A DNA stretch of 64,000 bases from Nitrospinaceae bacterium. GTDB taxonomy: Bacteria; Nitrospinota; Nitrospinia; Nitrospinales; Nitrospinaceae. Positions 34,287 to 43,757 of the stretch are shown here, piece after piece (position 1 is the first letter of the stretch; every line of letters begins with the position of its first letter). Below the pieces are notes generated by a model. That model saw nothing but the letters and a program-made list of their open reading frames with translations. It searched no databases and had not been told where the DNA came from. Location: contig OZ250172.1 in NCBI GenBank assembly GCA_965237905.1, positions 512,001-576,000 of the forward strand, given 5' to 3'. Both the position numbers and the translations under genes were made by a program.

Positions 34287-34679
34287 ATGAGTGACACGGA
34301 AGGAGAAGGCTTCACCATCAAGGACAAGCGCTCGTCCAATCAGCCCGAAGAAGAAACAAAAGCCTCCGAAGAGTCTCAAAAGAAAGAACCCGCCGCAAAA
34401 GAAGAGCCGCCTTCTCAAGCTGAAGGCCAGAACTTTGAACTCAATTTTTCCACCTTCGTGCTATCGCTGACCTCATCCGCGTTTTACCACCTGGGAGACA
34501 TCCCCGATCCCATGACCGGCCAAAAACAGGAAAACCTGCCGGCTGTCAAGCAGACCATCGATATCCTCATCATGCTCCAGGAAAAAACCAAAAATAATCT
34601 TGATGCCGAAGAAGCCAAACTGATGGAGCAATTGATCTACGAACTGCAAATAAAGTACGTGGCCAAAACCACGAAATAG
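34287..34679 (+). CDS. DUF1844 family protein
   Basis: FSTFVLSL..LG.IPDP, IDIL.MLQEKTKNNL. Confidence 0.88.
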   Translation: MSDTEGEGFTIKDKRSSNQPEEETKASEESQKKEPAAKEEPPSQAEGQNFELNFSTFVLSLTSSAFYHLGDIPDPMTGQKQENLPAVKQTIDILIMLQEKTKNNLDAEEAKLMEQLIYELQIKYVAKTTK

Positions 34680-34794
34680 CCATTGTTGCCCTTTCCTCGC
34701 CGTCCGTTTCCCATTCGATTCCCAATGCCTATTGCCTTCCTTGTCACGGGAGTGGTATTTTGTTTCTTTTAATCTCAGTGATCTTTATTGCCCC

Positions 34795-35523
34795 ATGACT
34801 TTATATTCCGATCCTATCGGCGCCTTTATCCAGGGAGTGACAGACCCGGAGGAGTTGCGCCGTTTCATTCAGCAGAAGTTTTCCGAAGCCGAAATCCAGT
34901 ACGCTTACGAAAAAATGCTGGCGGACACCAAAGCGCTGGCCAAGGCCGAGAAGATTCCCCTTCTGAAAGCGTTCTGGAAAGTGCTCGACCGCGCTTATGT
35001 CAGCAAGGCCCCGCCGTTGACCTGCCGGAAGGGATGCAGTCACTGCTGTTACACCGGTGTCGCCCATACCCAGCTGGAATGGGACGGCATGATGAACGCC
35101 GCGCGCGACAAGGATATCGACCTCAACGCAATTATCGAAAAGTCGGAGAAAACCGTCCGCAAGGTGGCGAAGACTCTGGAGTCCGGAATCGACCCGGAAA
35201 CAGTGGACTGGTACCACATGGTGGTCAATCAACGGTGCCCGTTTCTGGATGAAGAGGAGTCCTGCATGATCCACGAAGACCGGCCTTTGGACTGCCGCCT
35301 CATGGTTGCCTTCCGCGAAGTATGCGCCTCGAAAAACCTGGAGCATGCGCAACGCGGCGTGCTGGTGGAAGAAGCGGTGGCGCCGACCGTCATCGCCCGC
35401 CTGCAATATGAAACCACGCCGAAAATCAAACGGCGCAAATTCACCGGGTCGCAGAAACTGCGGATCATCCAGCGCTGGCTGTTGACCTGGAAAAACAAAA
35501 AAGGCGGAAAAAAGAAACGCTGA
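34795..35523 (+). CDS. YkgJ-family (CxxCxxCC) cysteine-cluster protein
   Basis: CRKGCSHCC, CPFL, CMIHEDRPLDCR. Confidence 0.85.
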   Translation: MTLYSDPIGAFIQGVTDPEELRRFIQQKFSEAEIQYAYEKMLADTKALAKAEKIPLLKAFWKVLDRAYVSKAPPLTCRKGCSHCCYTGVAHTQLEWDGMMNAARDKDIDLNAIIEKSEKTVRKVAKTLESGIDPETVDWYHMVVNQRCPFLDEEESCMIHEDRPLDCRLMVAFREVCASKNLEHAQRGVLVEEAVAPTVIARLQYETTPKIKRRKFTGSQKLRIIQRWLLTWKNKKGGKKKR

Positions 35524-35640
35524 CGACTCCCCCTCCTGGAAATTCCAATTGCCCTACCGGGCTTCATAATATATTGCAAAGCGCATAGGCCTTTATTACC
35601 CTAGGTAACAAGGCCATTATCACGAATAGGATTCAGAATC

Positions 35641-36030
35641 ATGAAAACCATAATCACACTATTCATTTTGAGCGCCGTGATATCGGCGAATATTGCGTTG
35701 GCCGAACCGGAATCGAAAAACAGTCCGGTCCCGAATAGTTCCGAGGGAGCAGCCATTTCCGGGCCTCTGGGGTCATGGAATAACCCGGTGAAAAGCAATG
35801 GGCCGAGTGGCGAGCGGGCCTATATCAAACGGTTGAAGTGCCCCGATGGCGAAACTCCGAAGTTTCACCGCGTAGGCAGTTATGCGCCAGGGCCGTATGG
35901 CAACATCCTCGATGGATACGACTTGGTTTGCGGGGACCAGAAATTCAAAATTTTTATGGATATGTACCACTGCTGTTTTAAAGAGACGGAACCTGTTCCC
36001 GGTTTTACCATTGAACCGCCCAGCTCGTAA
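35641..36030 (+). CDS. hypothetical exported protein
   Basis: signal peptide ending ALA; GERAYIKRL.CP, GNILDGY, FMDMYH. Confidence 0.75.
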   Translation: MKTIITLFILSAVISANIALAEPESKNSPVPNSSEGAAISGPLGSWNNPVKSNGPSGERAYIKRLKCPDGETPKFHRVGSYAPGPYGNILDGYDLVCGDQKFKIFMDMYHCCFKETEPVPGFTIEPPSS

Positions 36031-36052
36031 GGGGATGGGGTTTATGTGAGAA

Positions 36053-37028
36053 TTACCCCTTCAACATGTCGAGCGTGAGGCCTTCCTGGGAGAGGATCAT
36101 CTCCAGTGTGCTTTTGGGACCGATGGCTTTCAGGTATTTTTTGGTCTGCTCAAAAATATTGGCCAGTTTGAAATCGCTGTAAGTCGGCTCATGATGATAA
36201 AAGGCGATTTTCTTCACATTCGCCTCCAGGGCAATGTCCACGCCGATAAACGTGGAGCTTGTGTCCCCAATCTTCTTTTTCGATTCCCTCAATGAACGTG
36301 TATTGGGAGTCGAACACCAGTAAGTCGGCATCCTTGAAAAATTCGATGGTGGGCTTTAGGTTTTCATCCCCCAAGTCTTTATACTCCGAGTCGGTCGCGT
36401 AAATAAAAGACTTCCCCCGATACTCCACCCGGTAGCCGAAACACTGCCCGGGATGGTTCATTTCATGCCAGGTGATGCGGACATCCCCCAGCACGCATTC
36501 TTTCCGGTCCACCAGGGAAACCATATCGATATCGGCCTGACAGGAATCGAAAGACACCGGAAAATAATCAAAATGCTGTTGGCCGATCAACCGTTTTTCC
36601 AAGTGGGGATGAGAACCGTAAATCTTAAACCGGTTGCCTTCTCTATAAAAGGGGACAAAAAACGGGATGCCCAGGATATGGTCCCAATGGGTATGAGACA
36701 AAAACAGGTGCGCTTCGCCCTGCCCTTTTCCGAACTCCTGTTCCAGAAGATGGTTGCCCAGAACCCGGAGGCCCGATCCGCCGTCAAAAATCACATGATG
36801 GCCGCCCACCTTAAGGTAGACGCATGAGGAATTTCCACCATAACAACTTTTCAAATGATCGGGAAGGCTGTCCACAAACGCTTCGCGCGAGGCTGCATCT
36901 TTGAGGTTTTCCGGACTGGCCTGCTCCAGGGCCTTGACCAGCTTCTCGCGCACGTCCTGCCCCACCATCGGACTGGGAATGGAGCCCCGGACGCCATAAA
37001 ATGTAACCAGGAACGGCAGTTGGTCCAT
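36053..37028 (-). pseudogene. MBL-fold metallo-hydrolase, frameshifted
   Basis: GVRGSIP, SHTHWDH, DSQY; extra A near 36259-36260 splits WGH|SSTF; second frame has YHHEP. Confidence 0.85.
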
Positions 37029-37134
37029 AGTCTGCAAATGAAGGAAAGTAGAGGTTCGTTGCCTGTTTCAACGGAACTTGGCCAGGGTGAGAAGAATCCC
37101 CGTATTCAGCGCAATTTATTATACTTGGGATGGC

Positions 37135-38013
37135 TTATTTATAAAGGACTTCTTTAGCCAGATACAGACTTTCCCGGGTTTCTTCCACAATCTCTTCCAG
37201 GTCTTCCCTGGAGAGACCCTGTTGGATCAAGAAATTGTAATTGACCGGTTCCTCTGAATCGGAAATGCCGTTGCCCATATCGTAGGTATTGGCAATGGCA
37301 TTGGAGATGATCACAGCCAGCAGAATGGGATGGCTCTTCCCCTGATTCGACATGGTCAGATAATGCCCGCCGACGGAAGTCACGACCTCTTCAGGGACGG
37401 GCCACCATTTCTGAATAAACAACGAACCCAGTTCGGGGTGCGAAATACCGAATTTTTGAATTTCCAGTTCGTGCAGAGGGCTGTCCGTTCCGCCAATCTG
37501 TTTAAGAAACGCAGAGTATTCTTCCGGAATCAGATAGTTGAATACCATGATGCCTATATCGTGCATCAATCCGGAGAGGTAACACATATCCTGTTCGATT
37601 CTCAAACCTTCCAACCGCTGGCTCAAAATCCTAGCCAGAATGGCGACCGCCAGAGAATGCTGCCAGAATTTACTTTGGTTGATCCCCTTGCCTTTCATGA
37701 ACAATTTGGGAACTTCCAACGTATAAGCCAAATCGAGAATCATTTTGAGTCCCAGCCGAATAATGGCCTGAGACAGATTTTCGACCTTGTTGCCGCCACG
37801 GTTGAAAAATACGCTGTTGGAAAGCTGAATCATCCGGCCCGCTAAAATGGGCTCGGTTTCGATCAATATGGCGATATCGCTGATATTGCTTTTGGGATCT
37901 TCAATTTTTGATTCCAGGCGTACGAGAATATCCGGCAACGGAGGAATGTTTCCCTTTTCCTCCACCATGGCAAGGATGGCACTTCGCATCCCTTCTTGGG
38001 TCGTATTAAGCAT
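37135..38013 (-). CDS. HDOD-domain protein
   Basis: IPPLP, SNSVFF, AIIRLG, FWQHS, GLMHDIG; start uncertain. Confidence 0.9.
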   Translation of the reverse strand: MLNTTQEGMRSAILAMVEEKGNIPPLPDILVRLESKIEDPKSNISDIAILIETEPILAGRMIQLSNSVFFNRGGNKVENLSQAIIRLGLKMILDLAYTLEVPKLFMKGKGINQSKFWQHSLAVAILARILSQRLEGLRIEQDMCYLSGLMHDIGIMVFNYLIPEEYSAFLKQIGGTDSPLHELEIQKFGISHPELGSLFIQKWWPVPEEVVTSVGGHYLTMSNQGKSHPILLAVIISNAIANTYDMGNGISDSEEPVNYNFLIQQGLSREDLEEIVEETRESLYLAKEVLYK

Positions 38014-38049
38014 GGGAATCTTGTAAATCTTCAAAAAATGATCATTAAA

Positions 38050-38074
38050 AAGCTGGAGGCGGATTCTCCAGCTT
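38050..38074. other. 9-bp inverted repeat (hairpin or operator)
   Basis: aagctggag-N7-ctccagctt in the divergent intergenic region. Confidence 0.5.
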
Positions 38075-38182
38075 CACCGGTGATTTTTCCTGTAGTCTAG
38101 TATAAGGTCAAAATTCAAAAATTTATAAGTCAATTTTCAACCCTTTTGGCTTGTTAAAGACGAAAAGCCGGTCAAATTTGTG

Positions 38183-38211
38183 TTGACCTGATTCCCGGAT
38201 ATTCATACAAT
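38183..38211 (+). promoter_or_regulatory. candidate sigma70 promoter for rlpA cluster
   Basis: TTGACC-17 nt-TACAAT. Confidence 0.6.
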
Positions 38212-38356
38212 TGATGCGAGCACTTCCTCTATAAGATCATATTTTTGAATGATTTACGATGAATTTTCTGATATTTGCCCGATCGTGTCTGCTCGGCTCC
38301 CACAACCTCCTGCAGACTGGTTTCTCCAACTGAAACCGATCAAAACTTACAATCAA

Positions 38357-39106
38357 ATGAAATCAACTGTATCGAACTCCCCATTGCCGTTTATAATAGT
38401 GTTTTGGACCTTGATGGGTGTGGGCTCGGGTTGCGCCTCACATCCCATGGTCCATCCGGGTCCTGAGACCCATTCCGATTCCGTTCAGACTTTACCTTAT
38501 CGGGTTGATGGTCGCGTTTATCATCCTTTGAGCAGTTCTTCGGGGTTTGTTCAAGAAGGCATCGCGTCGTGGTATGGCCGGGATTTCCATGGCAAGCTCA
38601 CCTCCAACGGGGAGGTGTATGATATGAATGCCTTGACGGCGGCGCACAAAACACTGCCGTTTAATTCTGTCGTTTTGGTCACCCACCGGGAAAGTGGGGA
38701 AAGTGTTACCGTTCGTATCAATGACCGTGGCCCCTTTGTGGGCGAACGGATTATTGATCTGAGTCATGGTGCGGCAAACAAACTGGGCATGGTTGAAACA
38801 GGAACTGCTCCGGTACACCTTCGGGTGATCAGAGGAGCACAATCATCTCCACCACGGAATGCGGCCGGGACTTCCGCGAAAAAGGGAATCTATTCGGTGC
38901 AAGTGGGCGTCTTTGAAGACCTTGACAATGCCCGGAAGATTTCACACCAATTTAATAACAGCCGGATCTTTGCGGTCAAACAAAGCAACCGGAAATGGTA
39001 CAAAGTTCTTGTTGGGAAATATTCCAACTACGAAAAGGCCCTGGAGCCCATGGACCAGATGCGACTCGAGGGATTTGAAGAAGCATTTATCGTACTGAGC
39101 CCATAG
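38357..39106 (+). CDS. rlpA: septal ring lytic transglycosylase lipoprotein with SPOR domain
   Basis: GIASWYG, TAAHKTLP, RINDRGPF, IIDLS; VQVGVF. Confidence 0.92.
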   Translation: MKSTVSNSPLPFIIVFWTLMGVGSGCASHPMVHPGPETHSDSVQTLPYRVDGRVYHPLSSSSGFVQEGIASWYGRDFHGKLTSNGEVYDMNALTAAHKTLPFNSVVLVTHRESGESVTVRINDRGPFVGERIIDLSHGAANKLGMVETGTAPVHLRVIRGAQSSPPRNAAGTSAKKGIYSVQVGVFEDLDNARKISHQFNNSRIFAVKQSNRKWYKVLVGKYSNYEKALEPMDQMRLEGFEEAFIVLSP

Positions 39107-39149
39107 CTCCGGTTACGAGGATTAACAACTGACAAACTATTAGTAAACT

Positions 39150-39623
39150 ATGAGACTGCCGATACTGGATAAACTTGAAAAACAGTTAATGGATTCCAAA
39201 AAAGAACTGGATGTCGATATTCCCAAGGCCCTGAAAATTGCTACGGACATGGGCGACCTCAGCGAAAATGCGGAATATAAGGCGGCGAAAGAACGGCAGA
39301 TGTTCCTGGAGAGCCGTATCTCGCAACTTCAAAAGCGAATTGGAGATATCACTTCCATCGATATCAGCCGCATTCCCAAAGACCGGTCCGGCCTGGGCAG
39401 CACTTTACTTTTAAAACATACCGACTCGGGAGAAGAAAGAAAGTATTTCCTGGTGTTCCCCGAGGAAGTGGATCCTGATACTGGCAAACTCTCCATGGCC
39501 TCCCCAGTCGGAAAAATGCTGGCTGGCAAAATGGAAGGGGATGAGGTTGAGGTGCCGATCGAAGGGGAACGGCAAAACTTTGAAGTCATCCAACTGAAAA
39601 CCATTCATCAGGAGAACGGTTGA
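39150..39623 (+). CDS. greA: GreA/GreB transcription elongation factor
   Basis: GDLSENAEY, SPVG. Confidence 0.88.
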   Translation: MRLPILDKLEKQLMDSKKELDVDIPKALKIATDMGDLSENAEYKAAKERQMFLESRISQLQKRIGDITSIDISRIPKDRSGLGSTLLLKHTDSGEERKYFLVFPEEVDPDTGKLSMASPVGKMLAGKMEGDEVEVPIEGERQNFEVIQLKTIHQENG

Positions 39624-39638
39624 AAGACCTGAAACCCC

Positions 39639-40295
39639 ATGGCAAAGCGGCTCATTCCATTCGATAAAATCGCCACCGAGCATCCTTGTTTTCTGGACCC
39701 CGAGGAACGGCCGGACTGGTGCGGCCTGTTTCAAAACAGCGCTCCACTGAAGCTGGAAATCGGATTCGGCAACGGCAATTTTCTCATCGACATGGCCATT
39801 CGCGAACCCCAAAGTAATTTTATTGGAATGGATTTTTACCGTAAGGGAATTCGCAAGGTCATCACACGTATGGATCGGCTCTACCTGAAAAATATCCGGG
39901 TCGCTTATGGCAACGCCAGCGAAAAAATTCCCATTCTTTTTGAAGAGGGTGAGCTCAGCGAGGTATTCATTAATTTTCCGGATCCCTGGCCCAAGAAAAG
40001 GCATCACAAAAGAAGATTGATCAAACCACAATTTGTAGAAACCCTGGCAGGCAAGCTGACACCGCAAGGTAAAGTCCGCATTGCAACGGACTTCGAATCC
40101 TATGCGCAAGAAATCCTGGAAGTCATGCAAGCGAATGCCCAATTCTACAATCCACACGAGGATCTGGGATTTCTCCACGAGCGGAACGATGTCCCCAAAA
40201 CCAAATATGAAAAAGCGTTTCTGGACGCAGGAAAGAAAATCTATTATCTCGAATTTTCCAAAGAGCAGGACTATGCGTTGGCTCCCACCGCATAA
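39639..40295 (+). CDS. trmB: tRNA (guanine-N7)-methyltransferase
   Basis: LEIGFGNG, FPDPWPKKRHHKRR, ATD, TKYE. Confidence 0.96.
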   Translation: MAKRLIPFDKIATEHPCFLDPEERPDWCGLFQNSAPLKLEIGFGNGNFLIDMAIREPQSNFIGMDFYRKGIRKVITRMDRLYLKNIRVAYGNASEKIPILFEEGELSEVFINFPDPWPKKRHHKRRLIKPQFVETLAGKLTPQGKVRIATDFESYAQEILEVMQANAQFYNPHEDLGFLHERNDVPKTKYEKAFLDAGKKIYYLEFSKEQDYALAPTA

Positions 40296-40340
40296 TGGAT
40301 TTAGAAATGCTGTTTTTTGAAACCAATCACGGAGGTTTCC

Positions 40341-42380
40341 TTGGCTAAAGAAAGAGTCCTCATTGTCGATGACGAAAAAAATATAGTCTCCTCTCTTCAG
40401 GAGATATTAAACGACGAGGGGTATGATATCGTCACAGCTGAAGACGGGTTGGACGCCCTTGAAATAGTACAGTCCGAGCCCCCGGATCTGGTGCTGTTGG
40501 ATATCTGGATTCCGGGCATGGACGGGATTGAAGTATTGCAGGCCATCAAAACCTATCACCCTGAAATCGAAGTATTGGTGATGTCCGGCCACGGAACCAT
40601 CGATACCGCCGTGAAAGCGACCAAGCTGGGAGCCTACGACTTTATTGAGAAACCGTTTTCCCTGAATCAACTGGTCCTGTCCGTCGAGAGAGCTCTCAAA
40701 CAAAGAAAAGGCCGGATGAACGGAAGCGGCAAACATGACGCCGCTCAGCACGAACTTCCCCACTGTTTTGAAATGATGGTCGAAGTCAAGAAAGCGGTGA
40801 CCCGAGCGTCTAAAACCAATGCCCCCATCCTGATCCACGGTGAAATGGGGACGGGTAAGGAATATATCGCGCAGGCCATTCACCATAAGAGCAAAAAGTC
40901 CAATTTTCCCCTTCACAAAATCAATTGCGCACTCCGGTCCATGCCGAAAATCCAAATCGAACTGTTTACCCATCAGGATGAAAAAGGCCAGGAAACGAAA
41001 CCAACCCGTGGAGGCGCCGGGAAGAAGGCGGTGTATTTAAAAAATATTGATTCCATGAGCCAGGACCTTCAGGTAAAACTGGCAACCGCCTTAAAGTCCA
41101 CCTCTCCCGGAAAACCGGAGGGCTTTATTCCAGACAGGATTTTTGCCTCTTCTACAAAAGACTTGGAGGCTATGGTTGGGAAAGGAGAGTTTCATTCTGA
41201 CCTGTATGAAACCTTGAAAGAAAACAGCATCAACGTGCCGCCTTTAAGAGATAACCGGGCCCTGATCCCAACCCTGGTGGACGAATATTTTGAAGATTTG
41301 GAGAACAAGGGCAAAGTCGTTTGCAAAAACTTCAACGAAGAAACCATGCGGGTTCTTTGTGAATACGACTGGCCGGAAAACTTCAAGGAACTGCGTTCTG
41401 TCCTGGACCAGATTGCCCGGACCGTCCACCCGGATGAAGAAATCACCTTGAAGGACTTATCGGCCCTGATCAGGCAAACCCGACACCCACACCAGACAAA
41501 ACCAAATACATCCAAAGGCAAGAAGGGAGACCGCCCGCTTCAGCGCACTTTGAAGCGCAGTGTGGTGCTGTGTGGACGCGGTCTGCATTCCGGAATCAAA
41601 ACCGGCCTCATCATGCAACCCTTGCCTCCGGGAAGCGGAATAATTTTCGGTGATATTTCCAGCGGAAACACCATCCCGGCCAAGGTGGAAAACGTGCAAT
41701 CCACGGAATACGCCACCAGCCTGCGCAAGGGCTACGCATCCGTCTCCACGATCGAACATATTATGGCCACCCTCCACATGTACCGGGTCCATAACCTTTT
41801 GATCAAAATTGGAGACGAGGCCCCCGTGATGGATGGATCCGCCAAAGATTTCTGCCAATTGATCGAAGATGGAGATTTCGAGGAACAGGATGCGCTTTAC
41901 GAAGAACTGGTGATTGATAAAACGTACACCTTCGGGTCAAAAGAAGAAGGTGGAGCACATATTTCCATTGAGCCCTATGATGGCTTCAAAGTGAGTTACC
42001 ATATGGAATATCCGGCACCCATAGGGATCATGGAGCACACCTTTGAGTTTAAAGGGGCTGAGAGCTTCAAAGAAGAAATCGCACCGGCACGCACCTTCGG
42101 GTTTGTGAAAGATGTGGCCATGCTGAATAAAATGGGTTTCGGGGTGGGCGGTAAGCTGGATAACTTTATCCTGCTGGGGGACGAAAAAGTCCTCAACACC
42201 ACATTGCGGTATGACAACGAATTCGCACGCCACAAAATCCTGGATATTCTCGGGGATTTCTATCTGCTGGGAAAACCGATCCGCGGCTATATCAAAGCTC
42301 ATAAATCAGGACACACCCAAAACATCGGACTCCTGAAAACCATCAAGGAAGACCTGGCTCAAGCGGTGCCCGTTCATTGA
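40341..42380 (+). CDS. lpxC: receiver + degenerate sigma54-type AAA+ + LpxC deacetylase fusion
   Basis: REC (VDDE, LLDIW, EKPF); GEMGTGKE; from ~41541 LpxC (QRTL..GRGLHSG, STIEH, ARTFG, RHKILD..GD, SGH); TTG start after GGAGG. Confidence 0.9.
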   Translation: MAKERVLIVDDEKNIVSSLQEILNDEGYDIVTAEDGLDALEIVQSEPPDLVLLDIWIPGMDGIEVLQAIKTYHPEIEVLVMSGHGTIDTAVKATKLGAYDFIEKPFSLNQLVLSVERALKQRKGRMNGSGKHDAAQHELPHCFEMMVEVKKAVTRASKTNAPILIHGEMGTGKEYIAQAIHHKSKKSNFPLHKINCALRSMPKIQIELFTHQDEKGQETKPTRGGAGKKAVYLKNIDSMSQDLQVKLATALKSTSPGKPEGFIPDRIFASSTKDLEAMVGKGEFHSDLYETLKENSINVPPLRDNRALIPTLVDEYFEDLENKGKVVCKNFNEETMRVLCEYDWPENFKELRSVLDQIARTVHPDEEITLKDLSALIRQTRHPHQTKPNTSKGKKGDRPLQRTLKRSVVLCGRGLHSGIKTGLIMQPLPPGSGIIFGDISSGNTIPAKVENVQSTEYATSLRKGYASVSTIEHIMATLHMYRVHNLLIKIGDEAPVMDGSAKDFCQLIEDGDFEEQDALYEELVIDKTYTFGSKEEGGAHISIEPYDGFKVSYHMEYPAPIGIMEHTFEFKGAESFKEEIAPARTFGFVKDVAMLNKMGFGVGGKLDNFILLGDEKVLNTTLRYDNEFARHKILDILGDFYLLGKPIRGYIKAHKSGHTQNIGLLKTIKEDLAQAVPVH

Positions 42381-42460
42381 TCAAAATGGGATCGACAAAT
42401 TTATTCTTCACCCCTATCCCTTAATGCCATAAACACAGGCAATCGGGACCCAAGAGAACC

Positions 42461-43090
42461 ATGACCTCCAGCAGTTTTAAAATCGGAATACTGGTGTCCG
42501 GACGCGGCACCAATTTGCAGGCGATCATCGATGCCATTGAAAACGGCGAATTGAACGCTCGCATCGCCGTAGTGCTGAGCAATAAAAAAGAAGCGCCCGC
42601 CCTGGAACGGGCTCAAAAAAAGGGCATCGAAGCGGTATATCTGGACCCCAAACCATTCGCCGGTAAAAAGGAATTTGATCTGGCATTAGCCAGGGAACTT
42701 GAGGACCGCCAAGTCGACTTGATTTGCCTGGCGGGGTACATGCGCATCCTCGGTCCGGAATTCATCAGGAAATTTGAAGGGAAAATCATCAACATTCACC
42801 CGTCACTCCTGCCGGCGTTCCCGGGGCTGGACGTCCAGCAAAAAGCCATCGATCATGGAGTCAAATTTTCCGGGTGTACGGTTCATTTCGTCAACGAAGA
42901 AGTTGATGGCGGCCCCATCATCCTACAAGCGGTAGTGCCCGTCCACCCGTCTGATGACGCGGGGACCCTGGCCGAACGCATTTTGATCCAGGAACATCTT
43001 ATTTATCCGAGAGCGATACAAATGATTGTCGAAAATCGCCTGCATATTAAAAACCGGAAGGTCTCCTACAAAGAAAGCATATCGCAATGA
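42461..43090 (+). CDS. purN: phosphoribosylglycinamide formyltransferase
   Basis: SGRGTNLQA, LAGYMRIL, NIHPSLLP, DGGPII. Confidence 0.97.
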   Translation: MTSSSFKIGILVSGRGTNLQAIIDAIENGELNARIAVVLSNKKEAPALERAQKKGIEAVYLDPKPFAGKKEFDLALARELEDRQVDLICLAGYMRILGPEFIRKFEGKIINIHPSLLPAFPGLDVQQKAIDHGVKFSGCTVHFVNEEVDGGPIILQAVVPVHPSDDAGTLAERILIQEHLIYPRAIQMIVENRLHIKNRKVSYKESISQ

Positions 43091-43746
43091 ACTTTAAAAC
43101 CTGCACCATTCTCCTTATTCTGCTTGTACTGTGGCTCCTGCCCGGATCGGCCTTCGCCCTGGACTCCACCGCTATTGTCGATGCCATCCAAAAACAATAT
43201 GACGCCACCGATACTTTTCAGGCCCGGTTCATTCAAAAATCGTATCTGAAGATTCTGGGACAGTCGCAGAAGGCCGAAGGTTTCGTCTCCATCAAAAAAC
43301 CCGGTAAAATGAAATGGGATTACAAGGCCCCGGATCGCCAGATTCTGGTGAGCAACGATCAGGGCCTGTGGCTGTACCTGCCCGACGAAAAGCAGGTCAC
43401 TAAAATGAAAGTTCAAAGCATCTACTCTTCCAACACCCCGGCCCTGTTTCTGGCGGGACGCGGCAAGCTGACCGAATCGTTCACAATCGGAAAAGTGACT
43501 GAAGAGAGCGGGCTTTACGTCGCCGAGTTGATCCCGCGGGATAAGGTACAAAACCTCTCAAAAATGGTGCTGCTGGCCGACAAGAAAAATTTCCAGATCG
43601 TCGGGTCCCGGGTGTATGATAACTTAGGAAACAAAACAGAAATGATATTCAGCAACATCCGAACCAACCCCACCCTTGAAAAGAAATTCTTTCGATTCGA
43701 GGTTCCCAAAGGGGTGGAGCTCATTGATCTTTCTTCCATGGAGTAG
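43087..43746 (+). CDS. lolA: outer-membrane lipoprotein carrier protein
   Basis: FQARFIQ, KPGKMKWDY, FEVPKGVE. Confidence 0.88.
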   Translation: MNFKTCTILLILLVLWLLPGSAFALDSTAIVDAIQKQYDATDTFQARFIQKSYLKILGQSQKAEGFVSIKKPGKMKWDYKAPDRQILVSNDQGLWLYLPDEKQVTKMKVQSIYSSNTPALFLAGRGKLTESFTIGKVTEESGLYVAELIPRDKVQNLSKMVLLADKKNFQIVGSRVYDNLGNKTEMIFSNIRTNPTLEKKFFRFEVPKGVELIDLSSME

Positions 43747-43757
43747 TTTTATTTATC

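Noticed and set aside
40341..41540. Functional sigma54 activator
   Set aside because: No GAFTGA, degenerate Walker B and arginine finger, no HTH
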